A stretch of DNA of 64,000 nucleotides from Eledone cirrhosa (taxonomy: Eukaryota). Shown one piece after another: positions 1 through 11,619 of this stretch. Both the position numbers and the translations under genes were made by a program. The notes under the pieces are model-generated. The model was not told the DNA's origin. It worked only from the letters and a program-made list of their open reading frames with translations, and did not search any database. Each line of letters opens with the position of its first letter. The first letter of the stretch is position 1. The stretch lies in contig OZ024741.1 of assembly GCA_964016885.1 (NCBI GenBank), forward strand, positions 301,630,001 to 301,694,000. The letters run 5' to 3'.

Positions 1-100
1 TTATATGAATGTTAATATTTATTATTTATGCTTTCTTCCTATATTGTGTATCCTCAAAATGTTCTTTGAGAAGTTTAATTCTGTTTTAACCTTTAATTTA

Positions 101-147
101 TACTCCGATGAATCTGGCCTTGTGGTTGGATGAAACGATCGTTAGTA
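101..147 (+). ncRNA. Minimal type-I hammerhead ribozyme motif in a PLE pLTR end (U4->C variant)
   Basis: TACT-CCGATGA-ATCTGGCC(TTGT)GGTTGGAT-GAA-ACGATCGT-T-AGTA: stem I TACT/AGTA, stem II with G.U pairs, palindromic stem III; ATTAAA follows. Confidence 0.7.
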
Positions 148-245
148 ATTAAATGTTGTAAAACACTCTTTGATTGTTATTTATAAAGTATTTCGGCTCT
201 GTAATATACTTACTTTACATTGAGCTATTCTCATACTTGTAATTG

Positions 246-420
246 CAGGACCCGACGGCTGAGCTCCGGCCGTTTCCAGAGCTAGATCCGATCTAGCTGT
301 CAAAACGGCCGTAGCTTAGCCGTCGGGGTCCTGACCTTTTCTTATTACCCACTCTACTACCCTAAATATCGAGTACTCTGGTGCGTTATGGTCCACCTGG
401 TTTCTTACCACACTTTGTTT
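246..420 (+). mobile_element. PLE pLTR fragment (family C) with 5' fold-back palindrome 246-333
   Basis: Imperfect palindrome followed by TATTACCCACTCTACTACCCTAA...TTATGGTCCACCTGG, a tail that recurs at 43858, 53550 and 54450; contains a degenerate hammerhead 3' half. Confidence 0.7.
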
Positions 421-437
421 TATATATGTGTGGGGGG

Positions 438-635
<198 letters not shown>

Positions 636-828
636 TGGGGGGTATCCGAAGTTGTAGATGTTAAAGAACTCTTTAACTTCTAACTTCTACAACTTCGCAT
701 TTTCCTCATTCTAATAATACTCCGTCCTTCTTAATGTGAAGAAGTAACATGGCGTCATGGGCTTAAATTGAATTGCATCTATGTCTATCGTATATATAGT
801 TAGCTATTTAAAAACAAAAGGTGTTAAC

Positions 829-869
<41 letters not shown>

Positions 870-1328
870 ACACTTATTTCTTAATGTCAACATTTTCGTC
901 CGTTGCGCTACATCTAGCCTGCTCACTACATAGTCCCATTATGATCAAAACTGCGTCAGGAAATTTTACACCAAGATTTAATAATATGTACCAAGTGAAA
1001 TTAACAGTTTTTGTTTGATCTTAAATTGCTAAAATGATTTTTTCCACACAGTAATTTAGTTTCAGCACACGGTATCTAGTCAAGTCACTTGCCTGTGATC
1101 TACATCTCCGATACTTATATATGTATATAGGGGTAGGATATGTTCGAGAAAGTAAATTTCAGTACAGTTATTTCACATAAACAGGGGTTATTTAACTAAT
1201 GATATAATCATAATAATATGTAGAGCGCTTTCACTAATTAACAGTCTTGATTGGAAAATTGATGGTTTACCTTCCCAACATCCGTGCATATACACAATTA
1301 CATAGCGATGTATGTGTATATATGTATC

Positions 1329-1344
1329 GAGAGAGAGAGAGAGA

Positions 1345-1433
<89 letters not shown>

Positions 1434-1449
1434 GAGAGAGAGAGAGAGA
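1329..1449. repeat. (GA)n microsatellite
   Basis: Direct inspection. Confidence 0.99.
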
Positions 1450-1451
1450 AT

Positions 1452-1545
1452 AAGAATTGCAGCCTTTTGTGAAACTTTATTTCATATTACAATTGTTTCT
1501 ATATCAATCAGCTCGTGTTTGATTAGGCGATCGGATCCCGACCCT
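1452..1545 (-). repeat. Dispersed repeat abutting (GA)n, probable pLTR 3' end
   Basis: Similar to 50720-50820, which also abuts (GA)n; minus strand has GAAA-CAATTG-TA (hammerhead 3' half) then AATAAA. Confidence 0.5.
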
Positions 1546-1549
1546 TAAT

Positions 1550-2498
1550 CGACACTTCTGTACCCTGATCGTCACCTCGTCCCAATTCCTATCCACCTGG
1601 AAGTCTGGACCGAACCAAACCACGAGCAACTTTTACGGTCCGTCCGTCCAGCGCCCGACGATGCTGTTGGACGGCCTGGACTTGCCTCTCCAGGTGCCAA
1701 GCTTTTCCGGGTTAAGTTTCGCTCCTATCAAACTTTCATTTTCCTCCAAGAGGATGCCGACACCTCGGTTTCCGAGGTTTTCGACACCTTCACAGTGATG
1801 TCGTCCGTGTATGCCGACGCAGCCTTTCTGCGTTCCGTTTCCAGCTGCATGCTCCGCAACGGCTCCAGCTTCCGCAGTAAAAGCTCGAGACTCAATACGT
1901 ATAGAAGGGAAGAGAGAAGACCCTTGACGGACCGATCGGGAGATCTGAAATGGTTCCGAAAGGTGACCATTAACTTTGACCACCGATCAAATGCCGCTGT
2001 GCATTGCAGCGATCCAGCCTCTGAAGATGGAACCGAACCCAGCTGCCTTGAGGACTGCCTCCAGGTATCGATAGTCGAACCTATCGAAAGCTTTCGATTG
2101 GTCTAAATTGATCAGAGCCCCACCGAAGCAAAGTTTGCACCCCTACCTTCTCTATGATGTATCGCAATAGGTGGAGATTGTCGTGTATGAACTTGCTCGG
2201 GATTGCACAAGTTTGCGCCTTCTCTATCAAATCCTCGACGACAAGTGCCAACTTCATCGCTAACACCTTGGCCAAAATCTTAAACTCTGTGTTGAGCCGA
2301 GTTATGTACCTGAAATTATCTAACGTATCCCACTTGTTCTCGTCTTTCCTCATCAGCGTCACTACGCCCCGGCTCTCAAAACTGGGAATTCTCTCGTTCT
2401 GTTACCAGTTGCAGTAGAACGCTTCGAGGAGATCGGAGAACAAGTCTGGCATATCTGCATAAAGCTCGTGGGATAGACCATCCAAACCGGGTGACTTG
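1550..2498 (-). mobile_element. L1-clade Tx1 LINE internal fragment (degenerate RT)
   Basis: ORFs 2081-2362, 1633-1983 and 1728-1970 give NFRYITRLNTEFKILAKVLA, SVRQG and YTDD; homologous to 26070-27185. Confidence 0.92.
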
Positions 2499-2500
2499 TG

Positions 2501-2830
2501 AATATTGCAAGTAAAGAGATTGAAAGAATCACCAAGTACTCTGAATTTAAAGTGGAGCTGGCAAGACTATTTGGAATACAAGGGGGTAATGTGAAAGTGA
2601 TACCAGTTGTGATCTGGGCGATAAGGTCAATCCCATTGTAACTTCAAAACTTCTTAAAGCGACTGGGAATACCATACAGGTTGGGTGTCATTCAAAAGGC
2701 AGCTTTGCTAGGTACTGCACACATTTTGAGGAAAGTATTATCTGTTTGAAGTCCTTGTTGCGATTTGACAGATTGCTATATACCCCGGTGCATTATCCAT
2801 CTGCACTGCATAACAGAGAGATAATAATAG
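2501..2830 (+). mobile_element. R4/Dong-like LINE 3' fragment (restriction-like endonuclease C-terminus)
   Basis: Translates to ...KEIERITKYSEFKVELARL...VKVIPVVI...IQKAALLGTAHILRKVLSV*; short (ATA)n tail. Confidence 0.8.
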
Positions 2831-3049
2831 CATATGCATGTGCGTGAGTTCGTGTATGTATGTGTATGCACATGTATATGCGTGTGAGAGCGCGTGTGTA
2901 TGTGTTCGTGTGTACATATATATGTTATGTATATTAATTATTATGCCTGCTTACAGTTATATGTGATACTGCTAACGAAACACTTGAGGACTCGGTAACT
3001 GCAGCTTTGTCATAAGGAATTTTAATTACGTCGTATCTTATTTTCAATT

Positions 3050-3170
3050 ATTATGAGTTCAAATCCCGCCGAGGTTAACTTTGCCTTTCATCCTTCCGGG
3101 GTCGATAGAATAAAGTAACAGTAATGCATTGGGTAATTGCTGGCCTTGTGCCAAAAAGTAGAAACAATTA
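3050..3170 (+). mobile_element. tRNA-derived SINE (family 1), 5'-truncated
   Basis: GAGTTCAAATCCCGCCGAGGTTAACTTTGCCTTTCATCC...GGCCTTGTGCCAAAAAGTAGAAAC; box B-like GTTCAAATCC; many copies in the window. Confidence 0.9.
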
Positions 3171-3523
3171 TGAATTACATAAGGGATTCAACTCAGTAAC
3201 ATCTACAAGAGTTAAAGTAGAAGATTTAGGAAGTTAATTGAGTTGAGCTTTCTAGGTCTGATTTACTATGATTGCATATATATCGTTTCATTTCACATAA
3301 ACCTATCTGTATTCAGCTGCATCTGAATAGAATTTAATAACCATAGTATTTAGCCTGAAATACCCCATTCTTGCAAACGCAATTACCATGTGTATAATAT
3401 ATATGTATATATATATGTGTGTGTGTGTATGTATGTATGTGTGTGTATGCATATATTCACACACATATATATATATATGTATATATACACGCACACACAC
3501 ACGCACACATATATATATACGAT

Positions 3524-3672
3524 ATATTAACAAATGGAAACTATATTTATAAAACCATATTTATTTCATTATACATATTTCAAGGACACCAAGTCAAATT
3601 ATGGTGCGCTTTCATTAGATAAAATATAATATAGATCAGTTTTATAAATAAATATTGACATACCCTTAAAGA
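3524..3672 (-). mobile_element. Solo Naiad-type pLTR end with mutated hammerhead (CTAATGA core, 3562-3626)
   Basis: Reverse complement of about 47470-47620. Confidence 0.8.
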
Positions 3673-5504
3673 ATGCGACCATTTCTGTTGGAAACTCCCG
3701 GATATATATATATATTCATATATATATATGAAACTCGAGTACGGGTATAGATTTATGGTACCCATTTACGTATGTTGTATTGAAGCAATTAATTTTGTAT
3801 CTACTCTGGGATTGTTGCATAACCTTACCTAATTAGTACACTGAGATGCATCCGGTACTAGCAGGGAAACGTATGCCAGTCTCGTCAACTTCTTATTATT
3901 TTCTTCCAACTAACAAATTAACAATGAGAGTAAGTTGAACAATTTTCCACATTTTTTTAATTGTTTTGTTTAATATACGTTCTAATACCTGTTCGATATT
4001 TCTCTCTCACTCACCTATTTAATCGTGCAAGTTGTGAAATTGATCGGTCTTAACACCGCTGTTTTATAATTTAACATGATTGAGGACAGTGTTGTGAATT
4101 AGGAAGACATTTAATGTGTTTCCTAATTGTTCCTTCATCCCCGTGTCCAAATATAGTCGTATATGCAGCTGTATATTTTTATATGAGGAGTTATATATCC
4201 GAAGCATAATTTTAGAGTGATAAATCTATGTAATAATATTAAAATATTAATCCAGCATATAAATTTCTTTACATGTTTAATTTTGCTTATTGTTAGCCAA
4301 AACTAGATTTACCATTATTTGCTTCCGAGATCGGAAAAATTTGTAAGACGGCTGGTTATTTCTGTCGGGAACTTATTTTCTTATGACCTCGTTCTTTATC
4401 TGGAATTTTGGCTGAAAATATATTTCCTCAGTTTCGAAGCAAACACATTAGCTGAACTCATCCTTCTGATTTAGCGCTCATGTACATTGTTATTGTTGGC
4501 TATACTCATACTTAGGTCAAGCATAATTGAGAAGAACTATCATCAAAGCCTTTCAGTATTTTTTTTTAAGGACAATGTACTTTGTAGAGACTTATTCAGT
4601 AGGTCTATCGGTTTTTTTTTACTACAGTTGCATGGTGTGGTCTGAGAAACGTTGGGCTGATATTTCTCGACCTGCCTTGTAATCACGTAAATTCTGCCTT
4701 GTCGCATTATTAACTGGAGGTTCTCAGCGGATGAAACAATAAATTTGTAAATCTTATAATAAAAGGGATCGCTTGATTTAAATTTAACTATTTTATATTA
4801 AAATTATGTCTTTCATCTCTTTCATCTTGCTTCTTCGGCAACAATATGTAAAGCTACTTGATCAGCACTGAGCTGTGGCTCGACGTGCTGTTATTAATGA
4901 TGTGCTTTCTAAATAAATGCTTCGTGGGGGATAGGTATCTATTAGATAGTTAAATGGCTTTTATATTGGCTACGGTGCCAATTATATATTTTTAGAAGCC
5001 TTCCTATTAGATGTAATGATTTCATACTACAGTATTTGCAAGTTTTGCCTCTGTAAATGATATATCATTATTAAATATTATAATTGTAATTTATGCATTT
5101 GAGTTTAAAAGTCATAAAACTGAAACACACTTTCAGTTTTATGATTCTGTTCTAAACTGGTGGATACAGGGGTTCTCCATGAACTGTTTATCACTTAGAA
5201 AGAAGAACCGTTTTGCTTCTCTAGATTTTATAATTACTTTAAATCCGTAATGCCCGGCTTAGAGAATTTATGTGAATATGGTGCGTATTACAATGTTCTA
5301 CTATATTTCTTGAGTCCAGTTTCTTTTCAAATTCTGCTGCCATGTTAAAGTCTCCTCTTTCAGGGAGAATATATTGATTCTCTCCACATTCATAGCTGCA
5401 TTAGTTTTATGATACTTGGTAATGAATAGCACTGTAATTGTATATTCTATGGTTGATTTCTTGATGTTGCGTACACTTACAGTTAAATATCCTTCCACAG
5501 GAGT

Positions 5505-5677
5505 ATTACATGAGCTCGGCTGTTCTCGCTTAGAGATCCAGCCGAATCAGTTGGAAACGGTTGTTTCTGACAGGGCCCGCTGGAATGAGTGTTTGAGGGC
5601 TCTGCCCCACACAACCCTGTCAAGAAGAAGAAGAAGAAGAAGAAGAAGAAGAAGAAGAAGAAGAAGAAGAAGAAGAA
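5505..5677 (+). mobile_element. RTE/RTE-X-like LINE 3' end with (AAG)n tail
   Basis: HELGCSRLEIQPNQLETVVSDRARW resembles the C-terminus of 31594-31938; (AAG)n 5622-5677. Confidence 0.7.
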
Positions 5678-5814
5678 GGGAAATTTACTTGATTTAAAAC
5701 TCACTCTGTTATACATCAATAAAATAATATTTCTACCACAAGCAAGATGCCGTCGTCATCTAGAAAACACACGTGGTTTTATGAGGCTGCTTGCTTGCAA
5801 ACGAACCGAATATT

Positions 5815-5930
5815 AATAATTGTTTCTACTTTTTGGCACAAGGCCAGCAAATACCCAGTGCATTACTGGTACATTATTTTATCGACCCCGTAAAGATGAA
5901 AGGCAAAGTTAACTTCGGCGGGATTTGAAC
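5815..5930 (-). mobile_element. SINE family 1 copy
   Basis: Reverse complement of 3050-3170. Confidence 0.9.
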
Positions 5931-7149
5931 CGAATATTAATAAAGTTATTATAATATTATTGTTATTATTGTTATGCTGGCCTTGTACCAAAAGTAGAAA
6001 CAATTATAATATTATTGTTATTCACTCACGAATACATTTAGTATTGTATTGCTCCAACGGAAGCATGTAACGCAGCAATAGCGCAGTCTTATGCTTGGCT
6101 TGTTATCATATATCCACAGTTAAAATCTATGCTATCAGTTCATTCCGTTGTGTTTAACTAATCAAACTTTCATGAAACAGTATTTGCTTCAAAGAATTAT
6201 AGAGAGTAGATGTATTAACAATGGTTTTTTTCGGGTTCTTGCTGACCAGTGTGTTTGATGCGTGTGATGCTCAGAACCATCTCCATATATCTAACAAATA
6301 TAGTCGGAGAGATGACATAATATTATCAGATATACTTTTGATATATGTTCCATATATTTTAATTATTATTTCGTTCCCAAATATTTCCATTATTAGTTTA
6401 AGACTGATTCGTTAAGATGATGATTTGAGAAATCACAGTAAAGTCATATTTCATGAAAGGTTAAATTTCCTTTTTAATTCTCAGCTGAATTGGTTCACAC
6501 ATATTGAAGCAAGTTTATATGTTCTGTATTGTAAAGGGAAAGACTTGAAGAACGAAATTATTATTCCTTCTCTAATGTTATGAGAATTCATTGTATCTTA
6601 ATGCAATTGGCTTCAAACCGCGAATATCTTCTGTTAAAGAGATTATCTTACAAGAATTAATTAAAGGATATAGGCAACTCCCCGCAGGACTTTCTATGGC
6701 CTCCAGTGCTATAAGAAAAGGAGAGCAACTTATTCGCATTTGCCCAAATCTTTGCAATAGAGTACACAGGGATAAAGACACCTCACATCCAGTTGACTGT
6801 GTTAAACAAAGCGGCTTGTTGTCTATCATCAACGTACAGGAACAATTCCTCCAGTGAGCTTCCTCATAGATTTTATCTTCTAAATTCATTTAACGAAGTT
6901 CTGATACATGTCATCTACCCAAAGATTAATTGCGCTGACATTTGCCACATATATGTTACCCCTTAATGAGAGAAGGAAAGTGAGTGCTAATCACGTTTTT
7001 AAGTGTCTCCTAGGTTGGTGAGAAGGAAAAAGAAATGTATCCGCAGGCGGAGACCGGGTGCAAAGGCATTGGATTGAACTCCGATAAAGGCATCCAACAG
7101 CCAGCTATTGATGTTAACCTCGACAGCAGAACGCGGCAGCCAGCCAAAT

Positions 7150-7236
7150 AGACCGCAGCAGGATTTGAACTAAGTAGGCAAAGAGCTAGCACATCTACTG
7201 CGAGACATTTTGCCCGATGCTCTAACAATTTTGCCT
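7150..7236 (-). mobile_element. Diverged SINE 5' head
   Basis: Minus strand GGCAAAATTGTTAGAGCATCGGGCAAAATG...GTTCAAATCCTGC resembles the family 1 head. Confidence 0.5.
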
Positions 7237-8784
7237 CTTCACCTGAACTGGTTCTGTATTTTATAAATATTTATTACGGTATACATTTATGTGTGTTTTG
7301 TTTTTGTCCTTTTTTTTCCTTTTTGAATGAAGTTTTGAGGACAGCAGTGCAAGCTAACTAAACACTCATCAATTATAATATGATTCCCTTCATAGAATGA
7401 CGGAATTATAACGTCACATAGTGTCGTGAGAAATTAGATCGCATTGTTCATTGGAATATCAAAATTCGTGACATAATAAAAAAGAATAATAGTAAAAGGA
7501 AAGCAGCTTGATTAGAGTAAATATAGTGCACCTACCAATAGCAAAGAAATACACTCATGCATTGCTTATTTACACGATACTAGGAGAAATTTCCAGATCT
7601 ACGTTACATGATAGTTCAACATATTTTGTAGCTTCATTTTGAGAATTTGTTTAAAATTAATAATCGTAAAAAATAATGATAAAATATTGAAATATAATAT
7701 AAAAAATACTATTTAATTGATTATTTCAGAAAAAAAATAATAAATTGTCTTCCATTTAGACACGATAATGCATATCGTTTAAAATAAATCGAAATGGAAT
7801 GTTTTTGTCATATAATACATTCACTTAGAATTTATGGTTTTTATGCTAAATTGAGTAGTGCCGTATTTGCTGTGAATGGAATATAATAGCATCGATTTAC
7901 TAACTGCCGGTAATTAGGTCTCATTCAAAAACAAACTTTTATCTTAGTTCACCATACAATTATGTTAAAGGAAGCACATGAAATGAATTTCATAAGAATA
8001 TTTGGGAATATTATATCGTTAATTTATTTATAATATTTTATTCATATATAATTACATGGATTCAATACCTTTGATAACATATTTTCATGACATTGGGTAT
8101 AACATTTTTTTTTTTTTTTAGTAAATAGCATTAAAGTAGGGTTGGGGGATATATGCAGCCTTCATTTATATCTGAATATGTTTGCGTTGTGCATTTGAAT
8201 ATGTATATTACTAAAATATTATATCAATGAAGTGCCTTAATATATTATCAGTGTACGTCAGGCGTGTGTGAATGACAATGATATAACTGAAACGAAACCT
8301 TATTGGTTCCATAAAAAGGAATAAGTATCGATCATCTAAGAATTATAGGACAATATATTGATTCGCTACTGTATTATACCAATAATATCTAGAAACGAAA
8401 TCGTGTTGCTCAACTAGAGGTTCGTATAGAAGGAATTAATATTTACGGCACGAGTTTCATTCTGTTTGCTACACATAATTTTACGGCATTGCATGAGTAG
8501 AGCGATTCTACTTAAATTTCGATTTATTCTAAAGCTTTAGTATATAATTGTGTGAGCTATACTAGCTATATTAGAACCTGCTTAAGCCCATATCATAAAA
8601 ATATTAATGTTTATGATTCTAAAAAGCTTAAGTCTATTTATAATTTACACGGAAAATGGGAAACTGTTTAACAGGATTATACAAAACTTACATAGTTCGT
8701 TCCTCAAGGAAAACATATTCTGAAGGAAAGTAAACTTTACTACGCGTATATTCCATATAAATGAATAAGAGGCATGTTGCCACG

Positions 8785-9461
8785 TTAATACTACAACAAC
8801 GAAAATGCAGACAGATTAAATAATATATATATATATATGTAATTGGTGTTGGATGCTTAAAGCGTCCGTAAGCGGTAGGCCGTTTGAGCACTCGATGCTC
8901 TTACAGAGCAGAGTATGATATCACATAAGAAACGGAGAATCAGTGTTGCGACGAATAAAATTTATTAAACATATTACAATCGTTTCTCTGGCGACCAGCT
9001 CGAGGCACGATCGATGTGCTGATCGAACCTGACTCTGAAATCGCAAGGTCCTCAGATACGTCTCGATTCTACGAAGCAGAGTTTCCAAATGTCCAGTTAC
9101 ACTCGCGGCCTTCACTTGTTTCCGACTGACGAAAACAAGTGAAGGTCGCGGGTGTAACTAGACATTTGGAAACTCTGCTTCGTAGAATCGAGACGTATCT
9201 GAGGACCTTGCGATTTCAGAGTCAGGTTCGATCAGCACATCGATCGTGCCTCGAGCTGGTCGCCAGAGAAACGATTGTAATATGTCTAATAAATTTTATT
9301 CGTCGCAACACTGATTCTCCGTGTCTTATGTGATATCATACTCTGCTCTGTAAGAGCATCGAGTGCTCAAACGGCCTACCGCTTACGGACGCTTTAAGCA
9401 TCCAACACCAATTACATATATATATATTATTTAACATGTCTGCATTTTCGTAGTATTAACG
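8785..9461. repeat. About 680-bp fold-back palindrome (family D; arms about 335 bp, loop about 11 nt)
   Basis: Arms 8785-9121 and 9133-9461 are near-identical reverse complements (mirrored ORFs 8921-9115 and 9139-9333); second family copy at 52193-52550. Confidence 0.95.
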
Positions 9462-9699
9462 CATTATTCATGGTGTCACTATTACCTAACTTCTTGTGTT
9501 CACTCTGAGGAGAAATTTATTAATTACTCTATCATCGAGTGCTTTGTGACAGTCTTCGAAGATCGAGGCTAGTCTGTTACCTACAGCAACAACTTCGATT
9601 ATACTCATTACTATTATATATATATATATATGTGTGTATTTGTGTGTGTATATGCATGTGCATATGCGCACGTGGACTTGAATCTTTATATAACTGTTC

Positions 9700-9840
9700 T
9701 GATTTAGGCACAAGGCCAACAATTCAAGGGAGGGGAAAGTCGATTAAATTTACCCCAGTATGTTACTGGTACTTTATTTAATCGACTTCGTAAGGATGAA
9801 AGGCAAAGCTAACCTCGGTGTGATTTGAACTCAGAACGTA
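9700..9840 (-). mobile_element. SINE family 1 copy
   Basis: GGCACAAGGCC...GGATGAAAGGCAAAG...TTTGAACTCAGAACGTAAAG. Confidence 0.85.
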
Positions 9841-9951
9841 AAGGGTCGTATAATTAAACAGTTTCAGGTAGTAATCTGCATTACAAAGTTTGCTACTCCA
9901 AATATATATATGTGTGTCTGTGTGTATTTGTATGTATATATATATTGTGTG

Positions 9952-10057
<106 letters not shown>

Positions 10058-10719
10058 CACAAACATACACACACACAAATATATATATATATGTTATATA
10101 TATAGAGAGAGCAGGTAAGGAGAAAGGGAGAATGAAACAACAGAGGGGTGAGTGTGGAATGATTTGTGCAAGTGTACATGTTAATTTATCTTCTACTCTG
10201 CTGTGTTTATATCAATAATACGTTTCCTTCTACGTTTTCCCGACCGTCAAATTAGTATGATATTTGGAAAGTAAATTATATTTGGCTAGAATCCATATCT
10301 AAATTTACAATTAATTAGTAATTTCCTCTTGAAGTTTATCCTTATGAAATATGAAATTTACTGTATAATTTCTGTCTGAAGCAAAGTGTTCGATCTACTA
10401 TGAAACAACTACAAATTTGATCACAATTACAATATTTCTCTGATACAACTAATGCCAATTAATCAAGCCATAAATATGAAAATGTCGAATTATAAAGTTA
10501 CAAACTACCAATTGTAATATGGATTTATTGAATTTAATATTAGTAGTCCCAAATTATTTTGATATATACCAGAAATAAAAAGTTCGTCTGTTGATCTCAA
10601 TCTAGATAAACATTCATTCCTAAATAAACAATCAATTATATGTGGCTATGAGTATCAGAAATATCCTTAGCGTTTTGATGTTTTGATGTGTACCTATATA
10701 TTTGTGTGTGTGTGTAATC

Positions 10720-11170
10720 ATTAAGACCAATTACAACAATGGCTCCATACCAGGTACACACGTTTTGTTAACCCTGAGGACCAACTTGTTCAACCTGAGC
10801 CGATGAAAATGAACCCAACCTAGGGCGGGTAAAATTCCCGAGATCCATGGACGAGTTTTCTCCAGCGGTCTCTGTCCCTCATTATCGCTGCCATGTCCTG
10901 CGTTTCTAAGAGACCAGTGTCTGTCCTTAGGACATCAACATATGTTAACCTCGGCCTTCCTCTTCAAGTGTGTCCATGCAGGGGCTCCCACAGGAGCACT
11001 GACTGCAGTGTCAACTCTGGATGTCGGTGCCACTCTCGAGCTGACATTTAGGAGGCCCCCATACAGCTCAGTGTTCTTCATCCTCAGTGTATACTGATTA
11101 ATGTTCAGAGCCATCCTCATCATTCTCGTGTAGCACCCATCCCCCATCTGAGTGAGTTTCTTGGTCAGAG

Positions 11171-11175
<5 letters not shown>
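10720..11175 (-). mobile_element. RTE/RTE-X-like LINE 3' fragment
   Basis: WTLTKKL..DGCYTRMMRMALNI...NTELYG, the typical post-RT region of RTE-group LINEs. Confidence 0.7.
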
Positions 11176-11232
<57 letters not shown>

Positions 11233-11283
11233 CTATTTTATCCTTTTACCTGTTCTAGCCATCCGGTTGAGGCCGTCCTGGGG

Positions 11284-11349
<66 letters not shown>

Positions 11350-11429
11350 TACATATATATGTACATGCGATGATATATATATATATATATACATACATAA
11401 ACCCATATATACAATACATACATACATTC

Positions 11430-11550
11430 ATACATACATACATGATGGCTGCCCCCTCGTTATCGAGTATGGCCATTGCACGAGGAGAAAGAAAAAAAAT
11501 TAATAATAATAATAAATAAATAAAAAGAAAATAAAATTAAAAAAAAAAAG

Positions 11551-11619
<69 letters not shown>

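Noticed and set aside
6578-6889. Overlapping 103-aa and 88-aa ORFs as a possible host exon
   Set aside because: No recognisable motif or convincing splice context; cannot be supported
9122-9136. CTGACGAAAAC in the hairpin loop as a hammerhead core
   Set aside because: CUGANGA and GAAA overlap, leaving no stem II
8921-9333. Two near-identical 64-aa ORFs on opposite strands
   Set aside because: By-product of the palindrome, with non-ATG starts and no domain
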